The notes beneath the pieces were generated by a model. That model worked only from the letters and a program-made list of their open reading frames with translations, did not search any database and was not told where the DNA came from. Position numbers and translations under genes: made by a program. Source: a virus (taxonomy: Duplodnaviria; Caudoviricetes). Taken from it: 29,413 nt of DNA. Of this stretch, positions 1 through 8,159 are shown one piece after another (within the stretch, counting starts at the first letter, position 1; the number at the start of each line of letters is the position of its first letter). The stretch covers positions 1-29,413 of the IMG/VR virus record IMGVR_UViG_3300037631_003881. One strand, given 5' to 3'.

Positions 1-807
1 AACAGTTTTACAGGAATTGTTGGAGAAATAAGTATAGATACTACAATAGATACACTTCGTGTACATGATGGTAGTACTGCTGGCGGCTTTGAAATTACAA
101 GCAATGCAGCAACACAAACACTTACAAATAAAACTCTTACTAGTCCTACTATTAATGGTCCTGTTCTTGCAATGAGTACTAACAGAATTACAGGATTAGG
201 CGATCCAAGCGGCGCCCAAGATGCTGCAACAAAGGCATATGTTGACAGCGGATTAAGTAGTTTAAGTAGTACAACACTTACGGAAGGTAATAGTAGTGTT
301 ATTGTTGCTGATAGTGGCACCGGCACAGTTACAGTTACTATAGATGGTTCAACACATAGTACTTTTGCAGCGGCAGGCATTACGCTAGCACAAGGTAGTT
401 TTGTTGGTACATCAACAGCTGCACAATATGCTGACTTGGCAGAACGTTATACTACAGATGAAGATTACGAAGAAGGAACAGTAATGGTATTTGGCGGTGA
501 TGAAGAAGTCACTCAATGCACAAATAAATTTGATAAGCGCATTGCTGGTGTTATTAGTACTGATCCTGCATACTTAATGAACAGTGAACTTGACGGTGCA
601 ACGGTAGCACTTATTGGTCGTGTTCCGTGTAAAGTAATTGGTGAAATACGTAAAGGTGACTTAATGGTCGCTAGTGATACACCTGGTCATGCAGAAGCAT
701 GGCGTGATGAAAGTAATCCTCCATCAGGCAGTATTATCGGTAAAGCACTTGAAAACAAAATAGGTGCAAGCACAGATGTTATAGAAGTAGTTGTAGGCAA
801 GAACTAG
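1..807 (+). CDS. Tail/neck fibre-like protein, 5'-truncated: Mtd_N-like N-terminal segment and C-terminal intramolecular-chaperone (Peptidase_G2/IMC-like) autocleavage domain
   Basis: Frame 1 is open from base 1 (NSFTGIVGEISIDTTIDTLRVHDGSTAGG, Mtd_N-like), so the gene starts upstream of the listed ATG at 172. DAATKAYVD fibre repeat. YADLAERY...GVISTDPAYLMN...VALIGRVPCKV...IIGKALE chaperone motifs. Confidence 0.75.
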   Translation, partial: NSFTGIVGEISIDTTIDTLRVHDGSTAGGFEITSNAATQTLTNKTLTSPTINGPVLAMSTNRITGLGDPSGAQDAATKAYVDSGLSSLSSTTLTEGNSSVIVADSGTGTVTVTIDGSTHSTFAAAGITLAQGSFVGTSTAAQYADLAERYTTDEDYEEGTVMVFGGDEEVTQCTNKFDKRIAGVISTDPAYLMNSELDGATVALIGRVPCKVIGEIRKGDLMVASDTPGHAEAWRDESNPPSGSIIGKALENKIGASTDVIEVVVGKN

Positions 808-808
808 T

Positions 809-1558
809 ATGTCGCAGGATGCGTTCTATACCAAAGACTATGAAGGTGAAATGATAAGCATAGCATTGAGCTGGAGAGATAAGAATAATCCAGATAAGAT
901 GACATGGGTAGATAAAACCATTATCAATGATGACCACGATGGAATAGCACACGTTTTAGGAAATGGAAAATCTAGACTTAAATTAAACTTAAATTTTTTA
1001 CATGGGCAAACTGGAGGCTCATCTGTCAGAGGAGTTGGTCAATCTTATGGGTGTAATTTATTATACAAAGATTTTAATCCAACTTTTTTAATTTCAACTA
1101 ATGTTGGTATATGTAAAGATATAGTAGACAGTGGTTACACAGAAGATAATATAGTTTATACTAACGTAAAAAACATATTAAAAAATCCAGATCATTTTCA
1201 TTTATATCCAAATATATATACTACACATGCAGGTGCTCTTGCACTAAGATTAGCATGTGCAGATGGTCATAAAACTATATACCTGGTGGGAATGGAAGGA
1301 TATGAACATCCTACGGATAACATTTATGTAGACACACATCCTAATTACATAGAACAAACTTCATACCAACGTACTAATGAAAAGTTTGTAGATATGAATA
1401 TTAAAATAATACAAACATACCCTGATGTAGCATTTTATTTTGTTGTTCCTCAATTAGGAACAATAAGTGAAAAGTACAAATGGTGTGGCAATGTTAAAGA
1501 ATTAAGGTTTAACGAATATATATCTCATGCTAGTTTAGGTGCTATGCATCACGGATAG
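809..1558 (+). CDS. Glycosyltransferase-like protein (DUF115/MAF_flag10/CstII-like Rossmann motifs)
   Basis: Motifs VLGNGKSR, YGCN, and GALALRLAC..GHKTIYLVGMEG resemble the GNGPS...N...IYLxGxD pattern. Starts 1 nt after the fibre gene stop. Confidence 0.5.
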   Translation: MSQDAFYTKDYEGEMISIALSWRDKNNPDKMTWVDKTIINDDHDGIAHVLGNGKSRLKLNLNFLHGQTGGSSVRGVGQSYGCNLLYKDFNPTFLISTNVGICKDIVDSGYTEDNIVYTNVKNILKNPDHFHLYPNIYTTHAGALALRLACADGHKTIYLVGMEGYEHPTDNIYVDTHPNYIEQTSYQRTNEKFVDMNIKIIQTYPDVAFYFVVPQLGTISEKYKWCGNVKELRFNEYISHASLGAMHHG

Positions 1559-2021
1559 TGTCACTACACATTATCTGTTCGATAGTTTTCAACTTTCCTA
1601 ATATTTCTTCAAATCTAAATGTATTAAAAACTCCTGGATGTAGAGGCTTTGGGTAACTTTCAAGTTTGCTCCATGCATATCCTTTGTGTTCATCATTTAG
1701 TATTGGGATAAATTCTTTACTAACTAAACAGACATATGTGCTGTATGTAAAATTATTATTTGCATTAGTAAACTTTTCAACAGGTATAGTTTTAGTTATT
1801 TCAGGCATATGCCCTAGTTCTTCTTGTATTTCTCTCTGTAGTGCTTCGTATTCGGTTTCGCCTTGTTCAACTTTACCACCAGGATATGCCCATGTGCTAT
1901 CGTATTTTGCTCCATTTCTTAGAACAAACAAATACCTTAATGTTGATTCGCTTAAAAATAATGCGCCGACACTACTATTAGATAACAATGTTCCAGTCGC
2001 CGGCTTGATACTCGCCTTCAT
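1542..2021 (-). CDS. Nudix hydrolase
   Basis: Nudix box GGKVEQGETEYEALQREIQEELG and EHKGYAW motif. Start uncertain (ATG 2021 or TTG 1988, both overlapping the gp15 end). Confidence 0.9.
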   Translation of the reverse strand: MKASIKPATGTLLSNSSVGALFLSESTLRYLFVLRNGAKYDSTWAYPGGKVEQGETEYEALQREIQEELGHMPEITKTIPVEKFTNANNNFTYSTYVCLVSKEFIPILNDEHKGYAWSKLESYPKPLHPGVFNTFRFEEILGKLKTIEQIMCSDTIRDA

Positions 2022-3360
2022 ATGATTTAACCCACTCTGATCCAGTCCATTTATATTGAATTCCTGTATGTGAATTTGTTGTATAATGTGTGCCTTTTTC
2101 GTTGCTACTATCAAATGCTATTTGCCATTCGACGCCGTTATATTCGATAATATCATTTGCTCCTGCTATAATATCCCATGCATCCGGACCATCTGTATTA
2201 TTTGCATCTCCAGTAGCATTGAGTATTAGATATCGTTGACCTGCAGAAGCCTCAGGTAAACCTGCGCCTGGACCGCTTTTTAGAGGATTAATAATTTTTG
2301 TAATTGCAGGCAAGTCGTTAGTTGGTATAGTATCACTCTGAACAGTCCATAACAGTTTATAAGGATCGCTTGGATGAAAAGCAATAGTTCCAACAATTTC
2401 TGCTGTTCCTTGTTCCAATCTTAACTGACTTATTCCTGGAACTAGTGATCCGTATTGATTAACCAATGCTTGCCAACTAATATCATCTGTGCCTATTTTT
2501 GTTGGAGGGTCATTCAACGGATTGTAGTCTACTTTGTTTGTTGAAGTTTCGCTTCTGTCTAATATTTGTACAGTGTTTCCTAATAGTATAATACCATAAT
2601 TCATAGGTGTAAATTTCATTCTGTCACCCATTAGTAAGTTATTATCAATAACTCCGTCACTTATACTACCGCTTTCGTCAAAAATACTTGCTACAATTTT
2701 ATTAATAACACCAAGTTTTTTAACTTTTGCCGGTGCTGTTAGCCAAATTGGCACAGTGAAAGATAAAGTAGATATATCAATAGTGTCGTCAACACCTGCA
2801 GGAACACTTCTGCTAGTCCATTGGCTTCCTGCTAATTCAATATAACTTAAACTAGTCCAGTCTAGATAATTATCTGTACTTTGTATTTCAAGTGCCGGAT
2901 TAAAAAGAACAAGAAGTTGCTCAAGTAATTGTAATTTTTGATTAGTATTGCTAGTCCAAATATCTACGTTAAGTTGCAATGTGTAAGGTACAGGCATCAT
3001 ACGTTCTACTGTGAATGCATTTCCTTGTTGTGTAGTATATTCATTTGTATTAGGATCAAATTTGCGCATACGAATATGCTTTTTATCTACAAATGTTGGA
3101 TCTTGTCTGCGCTCTGGATTATATTCTAACCCTGTTATATAGCAACTAATCATAGGCGTTGGCATGATTTTATTTTCACTATTTTCACGAATAATACTGC
3201 TCACCATACGTGTAGCATCACCATATTTCACAGGCACAGTTTGTAGTGTAACATGACCATCACGGTCTTTACCGTACTCAACCTGGAAGTTACTAAATGC
3301 ACGTATGAACTGCAATAGAAAACGTCTTATTTGATTGTCATAAAAAAACTGTTGTGCCAT
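1978..3360 (-). CDS. gp15: Tail sheath stabilizer/tail terminator (T4 gp15-like) with C-terminal extension
   Basis: N-terminal FFYDxQIRRFLLQFxRxF, VPVKYG, PVPYTL, Q-LLEQLLVLFNP pattern typical of gp15. Start coupled (TAATG) to the gp14-like stop. Confidence 0.8.
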   Translation of the reverse strand: MAQQFFYDNQIRRFLLQFIRAFSNFQVEYGKDRDGHVTLQTVPVKYGDATRMVSSIIRENSENKIMPTPMISCYITGLEYNPERRQDPTFVDKKHIRMRKFDPNTNEYTTQQGNAFTVERMMPVPYTLQLNVDIWTSNTNQKLQLLEQLLVLFNPALEIQSTDNYLDWTSLSYIELAGSQWTSRSVPAGVDDTIDISTLSFTVPIWLTAPAKVKKLGVINKIVASIFDESGSISDGVIDNNLLMGDRMKFTPMNYGIILLGNTVQILDRSETSTNKVDYNPLNDPPTKIGTDDISWQALVNQYGSLVPGISQLRLEQGTAEIVGTIAFHPSDPYKLLWTVQSDTIPTNDLPAITKIINPLKSGPGAGLPEASAGQRYLILNATGDANNTDGPDAWDIIAGANDIIEYNGVEWQIAFDSSNEKGTHYTTNSHTGIQYKWTGSEWVKSYEGEYQAGDWNIVI

Positions 3361-4544
3361 TAATCTTCTCTAGGTTTTAGTGCATCACTAAGTGCTTGTC
3401 TACTTGTTGCTATTGTATTATCGTCAGCAGTAAATGTGTTTGTATTATTGATAAATCCATCTCGTTGTGTATTGCCAGTACCCGGTGTAAGTTTACTACG
3501 AACATCATCTTCCATTTTAGTCCATCGTGTTCCGTTGTATCTAAATAATCTATTAGGTAAAAAGTCTAAACGTAGCACAAAGTCACCTTCATTTGCATCT
3601 CCTGGAAAACTAGTACCCATCGTAACTGTTTCACCATTTGGAGCTAATCCATCGCCAATTAAGTATCCGCTGTAAGCATTAGTATTTGTAGGTGTTATGC
3701 GCCTAGCATCGGCACTTGAATTTTCGTTATCTGCATTAATACTTGTGTTATCGGCGTTTACTCCAGTAGGCTCTAGCGGTGCACCAGTTACTGGATCAGT
3801 AGGAACAATATAATATTGACTAGTATCATATCCACTTTCAGGAACTTCTGCTTCAGCAGCGGCTACTACTTTGTTTGTAATTTCCAGCTCTTTGTTGTAT
3901 GTGCTTAGTAGATCACGTAATGTATTATCAGTTACATTCCCGTCTTTATCTTCCTGCATCATAGTTAGGATATCATTGTATTCTTGTGCATCTGTTAGTG
4001 GTGTACACTTAACACGCCACAAGTGGCTCCACCAAGTTGGTGAAAATCCTTCACTAGGACGACTGCCTTCCTGTACTACATAGTAACGCTTAAGACTAAG
4101 TTCAACACTTTCATCTAGTGCGCTAAAATCTGTAAGGTGAGGAAGTTCAATAACATCTCCTGCCATAAGTTTTCGCCCGAGATTGTTTAGCATATCATTC
4201 TCGTGGAATGTAATAAACAGTGTGTCGTTTGCTAAAAACAATCCAAATTGACTTAGATCAAAATCAGTATCGCTTATGCTATATATACCACGCAATGAAT
4301 ATATATCTTGTTCGTATGTTCTGTCTCTATTTTCGAGGAATAGAAAATCTTGTATGCCTAATGGGTCAGGTTCTTGATAGTTAGGCTGACTTGGATCATC
4401 ACTTGATCCTTGACTTGTAACACCTAGATACTTGTGTACATTAATGCCTGTACCGCCAATGGTAAACATTTCTTTCATACGTCGGTCAAAGAATCGGTAA
4501 TCGTTAGTGTGAGCACCGTCTTTCCATAGTGATAATCTTGGCAT
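3360..4544 (-). CDS. gp14: Neck/head-closure protein (T4 gp14-like)
   Basis: DLSQFGLFL, LFITFH, GRKLMAGDVIELP motifs. Adjacent to gp15. Late promoter and AAGGA SD upstream. Confidence 0.7.
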   Translation of the reverse strand: MPRLSLWKDGAHTNDYRFFDRRMKEMFTIGGTGINVHKYLGVTSQGSSDDPSQPNYQEPDPLGIQDFLFLENRDRTYEQDIYSLRGIYSISDTDFDLSQFGLFLANDTLFITFHENDMLNNLGRKLMAGDVIELPHLTDFSALDESVELSLKRYYVVQEGSRPSEGFSPTWWSHLWRVKCTPLTDAQEYNDILTMMQEDKDGNVTDNTLRDLLSTYNKELEITNKVVAAAEAEVPESGYDTSQYYIVPTDPVTGAPLEPTGVNADNTSINADNENSSADARRITPTNTNAYSGYLIGDGLAPNGETVTMGTSFPGDANEGDFVLRLDFLPNRLFRYNGTRWTKMEDDVRSKLTPGTGNTQRDGFINNTNTFTADDNTIATSRQALSDALKPRED

Positions 4545-4564
4545 ATGTAATTCCTTTGTTTGTA

Positions 4565-4583
4565 TATTTATCGCTTATAAATA
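4565..4583. promoter_or_regulatory. Back-to-back T4-type late promoters: GATAAATA (- strand, 4572-4565) for gp14 and TATAAATA (+ strand, 4576-4583) for the Smr gene
   Basis: Matches the T4 gp55 consensus TATAAATA. Both lie in a 44-bp divergent intergenic gap. Confidence 0.75.
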
Positions 4584-4588
4584 ACTCG

Positions 4589-4816
4589 ATGAAACTAGAT
4601 TTACACGGACATACTGTGCATGCAGCTTGGCGAGTTTTTAATACTCGTATAACAGATGCGTATTATCGTAAACAAAAATCTGTTATAGTTGTAACAGGTC
4701 AAGGTGCTATTATGCATGAGTTTCAAGTATGGGCAAGCAATCATCCTCACGTTAAAAGTTGCAGTAATATGCCACATAATCCAGGAAGTTACAAAATATC
4801 TCTCAAAAAAGGTTGA
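4589..4816 (+). CDS. Stand-alone Smr (small MutS-related) domain protein, 75 aa
   Basis: MKLDLHG...VIVVTGQG...HNPGSYKISLK matches the Smr DLHG / TGxG / NxG pattern. ATG 4589 is 5 nt after TATAAATA. Confidence 0.8.
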   Translation: MKLDLHGHTVHAAWRVFNTRITDAYYRKQKSVIVVTGQGAIMHEFQVWASNHPHVKSCSNMPHNPGSYKISLKKG

Positions 4817-4840
4817 CACATTCTCTAACTGTGCTATATT
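4813..4840 (+). promoter_or_regulatory. Sigma70-like (early/middle) promoter
   Basis: TTGACA (4813-4818), 16 nt, extended -10 TGcTATATT (-10 at 4835-4840). A-tract upstream and GGAG SD before ATG 4875. Confidence 0.7.
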
Positions 4841-4874
4841 AATATAGTAAGTTGAAGTTAACGGAGAGATACAA

Positions 4875-5102
4875 ATGTCGAAGCCAATTACAAATGCAGC
4901 CTATAAGCGTATGATCGATACTTTAACACCTAATAGACAGCGTGAAAGTGTTGAGCGTATGCTTCGTGTTCTTCCAGTTTGGTTAATGGAAGAAGCAGAA
5001 CGTAAAGTTCAAAATCCTAAAGTTATTAAACATTTAGAAAGCCGTCTGCGTCAGGCAAGGCTAATGATGTCAAGTATTATAGCAAACGGAAGGGTTGTAT
5101 AA
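4875..5102 (+). CDS. Hypothetical protein, 75 aa, basic and helical
   Basis: SD GGAGA. First gene after the sigma70 promoter. TAATG-coupled to the next ORF. Confidence 0.7.
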   Translation: MSKPITNAAYKRMIDTLTPNRQRESVERMLRVLPVWLMEEAERKVQNPKVIKHLESRLRQARLMMSSIIANGRVV

Positions 5103-5287
5103 TGAATGAATTATTGAAAGATATCGAAGACCTTGAGACAATTGCACATGGTGTTCGCAATGGTGTAAGTAAGAACCTTACACTTGATTTGATCGAGAAG
5201 ATGATTGAGATTAAACAAGTAGATATAAGTATCTTCGAAACACAAATGGAAATGGAGTTCTTGCAAGATGGCACTAACCGCTCTTAA
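5102..5287 (+). CDS. Hypothetical protein, 61 aa, acidic and helical
   Basis: Translational coupling on both sides. Confidence 0.6.
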   Translation: MNELLKDIEDLETIAHGVRNGVSKNLTLDLIEKMIEIKQVDISIFETQMEMEFLQDGTNRS

Positions 5288-6413
5288 AGGAAAAACACTA
5301 AAGCGTAAAAAAGCACCAGCGGCTAGACGGAAAATATCCGGCGCCGCTGCCGCACCTATGGATGAGTATTCCAAATGTAAAGACTTTTTTCACTTTGAAG
5401 TGGATAAAAAAGAATGTGTGGCTATTGTCAAAGCATATGTAAAGAAAACATTTGATAAGTCTACAGCAAGTGCAATACTTAAAAACAAAGAATATAATTT
5501 TGCTAAAAGCCACGTGGCTGGATATTGCCATTGGGTATCTGCAGGTAAAGAAACATCTGAAGATAGTAAACTATGGATGGAAGGATTCTTTGAAAAACTT
5601 GCTGAAGATGGAAAAAGCATTGTTGCTGAAATCAAAGCAGAAGAAGCACAAAAGCCCAAGAACGTTTATGTTCCAAGTATTCAGGACCGTATCAAGGAAG
5701 CAAGTAGTAATATTATTGCAGAGATTGAACAAGAAGTAGATTCATTTATTGTAAATCCAGCAAAATTTAAAGGTATGGATGCTGTAAAGTTCTTTCGTAA
5801 GCATAATGTTAATCAAGCACACGCTAGATTTATCCGTGCTTTTTATGAAGGTCCACTATCAGAGTATATTGCACTACAACTTCCTGCTAAAGAACAAGAC
5901 GAACAATTGCGTGAAGCATACGCACATCTTAGTAAAGCAGACATCAAGAAAGGTGTCGAACTATTCCAGGGCATTATTAGTGCTTGTGATATGATTACAG
6001 CAGAAAGCAAAGCCAATCGTAAGACACGTAAGCCTAAGGCTAAGAGTGCTGAAAAGTTAGTTGCAAAACTAAAGTATTGTAAAACCGACGAAAAGTATAA
6101 AGTAGCAAGTATCAATCCGGCAGATATTATTGATGCTAGTGAAGTTTGGGTGTTTAATGTAAAGACACGCAAGATTGGCAAGTATGTTGCTGAGGATCAT
6201 GCTACACTACAAGTTAAAGGAACTACGCTACAGTTTTTTGATGATAAGCAAAGTGTTGCAAAAACATTGCGTAAGCCAGAGCAACAGTTATCAGAGTTTA
6301 ACAAAAGCGGTAAAGTACAGTTGCGAAAATTCTTAGACAATATCAAAGGTGTTGAGACAAAACTTAACGGACGATTTAACAACGATACTGTAATCCTTAA
6401 AGCCGTAAAGTAA
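5268..6413 (+). CDS. Conserved T4-like phage hypothetical protein, 381 aa
   Basis: Long clean ORF with GGAG SD. The C-terminal block SINPxDII..W.FNxKTRK...VKGTTL..FD...KTLRKPE...LNGRFN resembles a recurring T4-like phage family of unknown function. Confidence 0.75.
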   Translation: MALTALKGKTLKRKKAPAARRKISGAAAAPMDEYSKCKDFFHFEVDKKECVAIVKAYVKKTFDKSTASAILKNKEYNFAKSHVAGYCHWVSAGKETSEDSKLWMEGFFEKLAEDGKSIVAEIKAEEAQKPKNVYVPSIQDRIKEASSNIIAEIEQEVDSFIVNPAKFKGMDAVKFFRKHNVNQAHARFIRAFYEGPLSEYIALQLPAKEQDEQLREAYAHLSKADIKKGVELFQGIISACDMITAESKANRKTRKPKAKSAEKLVAKLKYCKTDEKYKVASINPADIIDASEVWVFNVKTRKIGKYVAEDHATLQVKGTTLQFFDDKQSVAKTLRKPEQQLSEFNKSGKVQLRKFLDNIKGVETKLNGRFNNDTVILKAVK

Positions 6414-6419
6414 TAAATA
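6412..6419 (+). promoter_or_regulatory. Late promoter AATAAATA upstream of gp13
   Basis: Motif overlaps the upstream stop codon. 23 nt to the ATG, with AGGA SD. Confidence 0.65.
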
Positions 6420-6442
6420 GTGTGTAAGAACAGGAACACACT

Positions 6443-7201
6443 ATGGCAGTAACATTAGAATCATTGAGATCAGATACAATAGACTATATCCGTTTTCGCT
6501 TAGGCGATGGAATGGTAGACGTTGAGCTCGATCCGGAACACTACGATAACGCAATTGACAAAGCAGTTAAGCGTTTTCGCCAACGTAGCCAAAATGCATA
6601 CGAAAGCAGTTATGTATTTTTAAGTGTGGTTAAAGAACAACAAGAGTATACACTTCCAGATGAAATTGAAGAAGTACGTCAAGCCTTTAGACGTAGTGTC
6701 GGTAGTGGCAGTAGCGATACTGGAACACAGTTCGAACCATATGAAGCAGCATTTCAAAACACTTACTTATTACAAAGTGGTCGTATAGGTGGACTAGCAA
6801 CATATGAAATGTACTATCAGTATCAAGAACTAAGTGCAAGATTGTTTGGCGGATTTATTAATTATGAATTCAATCCTGTTACAAAAAAGATTACATTGCT
6901 TCGTAAGTTTAGTGCATCTGGCGAGCAAATTGTACTTTGGACTTACAACTTGCGTCCAGAAAGTAGATTGCTACAAGACAGACATGCAAGTCCGTGGATT
7001 CAAGATTATGCACTTGCACTTGCAAAGTATACACTAGGCGAAGCACGTTCAAAGTTTTCAACTATTGCAGGACCACAAGGCGGTACAAGTCTTAATGGTG
7101 ATGCACTTAAAGCAGAAGCACAAGTTGAAATAGATAAACTCGATGAAGAACTACGCAATTACATAGATGGTTCTGATCCGCTTTCATTCATTATTGGTTA
7201 A
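6443..7201 (+). CDS. gp13: Neck protein / head-tail adaptor (T4 gp13-like)
   Basis: YIRFRLGDGMVDVEL, WIQDYALALAKYTLGEARSKF..IAGPQGG.SLNG motifs. Confidence 0.85.
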   Translation: MAVTLESLRSDTIDYIRFRLGDGMVDVELDPEHYDNAIDKAVKRFRQRSQNAYESSYVFLSVVKEQQEYTLPDEIEEVRQAFRRSVGSGSSDTGTQFEPYEAAFQNTYLLQSGRIGGLATYEMYYQYQELSARLFGGFINYEFNPVTKKITLLRKFSASGEQIVLWTYNLRPESRLLQDRHASPWIQDYALALAKYTLGEARSKFSTIAGPQGGTSLNGDALKAEAQVEIDKLDEELRNYIDGSDPLSFIIG

Positions 7202-7213
7202 TAAGAGGACTAT

Positions 7214-7810
7214 ATGATTATAGGAATATGCGGCTTGATTGGTTCCGGCAAAGGAACTGTCGCTGATGTATTAGTAGAACAAGGTTTTACTAAAATAAGT
7301 TTTGCTGACAAACTAAAGGACGGCGTTGCCGCTGTTTATGGCTGGGATAGAGCAATGCTTGAAGGTGACACGCCTGAGAGCAGAGAGTGGCGAGAAGCAC
7401 AGGATGATTTTTGGACTAATGAAACTGGACGCATTATTACTCCTAGAATAGTTTTACAAGAGTTTGGAACTGATTGTATGCGTAATGGCTTTTACGATGG
7501 AGTGTGGGTCAGCGCGGTAAAACAAATATTAATCAACAATCCAAACATTGATTACGTCATACCTGATGTGAGATTTGAAAACGAAGTTGATATGATTCGT
7601 CAAGTTGGCGGACAGGTTTGGGAAGTTAGCCGAGGCAATGATCCTGAATGGATGGATGCATACAAAAAAACTGGTACAGAACCAGTTAACATTCATCCTA
7701 GTGAATGGCGTTGGACAAGGTCTAAGAAAGATCACAAAATACCAAATGATGGCAGTATGCAAGACCTTACACGTCTGGTGTTAAGTCTCCACGCTTCCAT
7801 CCAGTCTTAA
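7214..7810 (+). CDS. gp1: Deoxynucleoside monophosphate kinase (T4 gp1-like)
   Basis: P-loop GLIGSGKGT, SFADKLKD, TPRIVLQEFGT, IPDVRFENE, HPSE. GAGG SD. Confidence 0.92.
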   Translation: MIIGICGLIGSGKGTVADVLVEQGFTKISFADKLKDGVAAVYGWDRAMLEGDTPESREWREAQDDFWTNETGRIITPRIVLQEFGTDCMRNGFYDGVWVSAVKQILINNPNIDYVIPDVRFENEVDMIRQVGGQVWEVSRGNDPEWMDAYKKTGTEPVNIHPSEWRWTRSKKDHKIPNDGSMQDLTRLVLSLHASIQS

Positions 7811-8099
7811 CTAGTTCAGCATTACAGTTTAGGCAAACTGTTTTTAGATTCTTAGCATCAACATTGTTTAGATTTCCGTCAATATAAAATACAGTAACTT
7901 GCTTTCGTACCACAGGCTTAAATCCACAAGCCTCACAAACTCTTTTTACTTTATACCCGGCATCAACCCATAAAGGCTTCACAGGCTTATGTGACTTCAA
8001 ACACTGTTCGCATTTTCGTCTATAGTAAACCTTTTTCCCTTTGTAGTAGTTTATTGCCTTAGGGCGTTCACCACATGTATCACAAACGGGCCTTTTCAT
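7767..8099 (-). CDS. Cys-rich zinc-binding protein with degenerate HNH-like fold, 110 aa
   Basis: Four CxxC pairs (CDTC, CEQC, CEAC, CLNC). VFYIDGNLNN...NLKTVCLNC matches the HNH scaffold but lacks the histidines. GTAAATA lies 5 nt before ATG 8099. Confidence 0.7.
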   Translation of the reverse strand: MKRPVCDTCGERPKAINYYKGKKVYYRRKCEQCLKSHKPVKPLWVDAGYKVKRVCEACGFKPVVRKQVTVFYIDGNLNNVDAKNLKTVCLNCNAELVKTGWKRGDLTPDV

Positions 8100-8101
8100 G
8101 C

Positions 8102-8141
8102 CCTTATTTACCGCACCTTTAAAGGTATTTGTCAAATAAGG
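8102..8141. repeat. Nested inverted repeat in the divergent promoter gap
   Basis: Perfect 12-bp palindrome ACCTTTAAAGGT (8115-8126) flanked by CCTTATTT (8102-8109) and AAATAAGG (8134-8141). Confidence 0.7.
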
Positions 8142-8159
8142 TGTTTTTGTGGATGTTCT

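Noticed and set aside
1-807. Diversity-generating retroelement target (Mtd-like N-terminus)
   Set aside because: No reverse transcriptase, no TR/VR repeat pair and no C-terminal lectin-type variable region in the window. The C-terminus is a chaperone domain.
2022-2114. N-terminal extension of the Nudix ORF as listed in the track
   Set aside because: It lies wholly within gp15 in another frame and adds no Nudix-like sequence. A later start is more plausible.
4529-4588. Longer GTG start for the Smr gene
   Set aside because: It overlaps the gp14 start and both promoters. The domain begins at MKLDLHG (4589).
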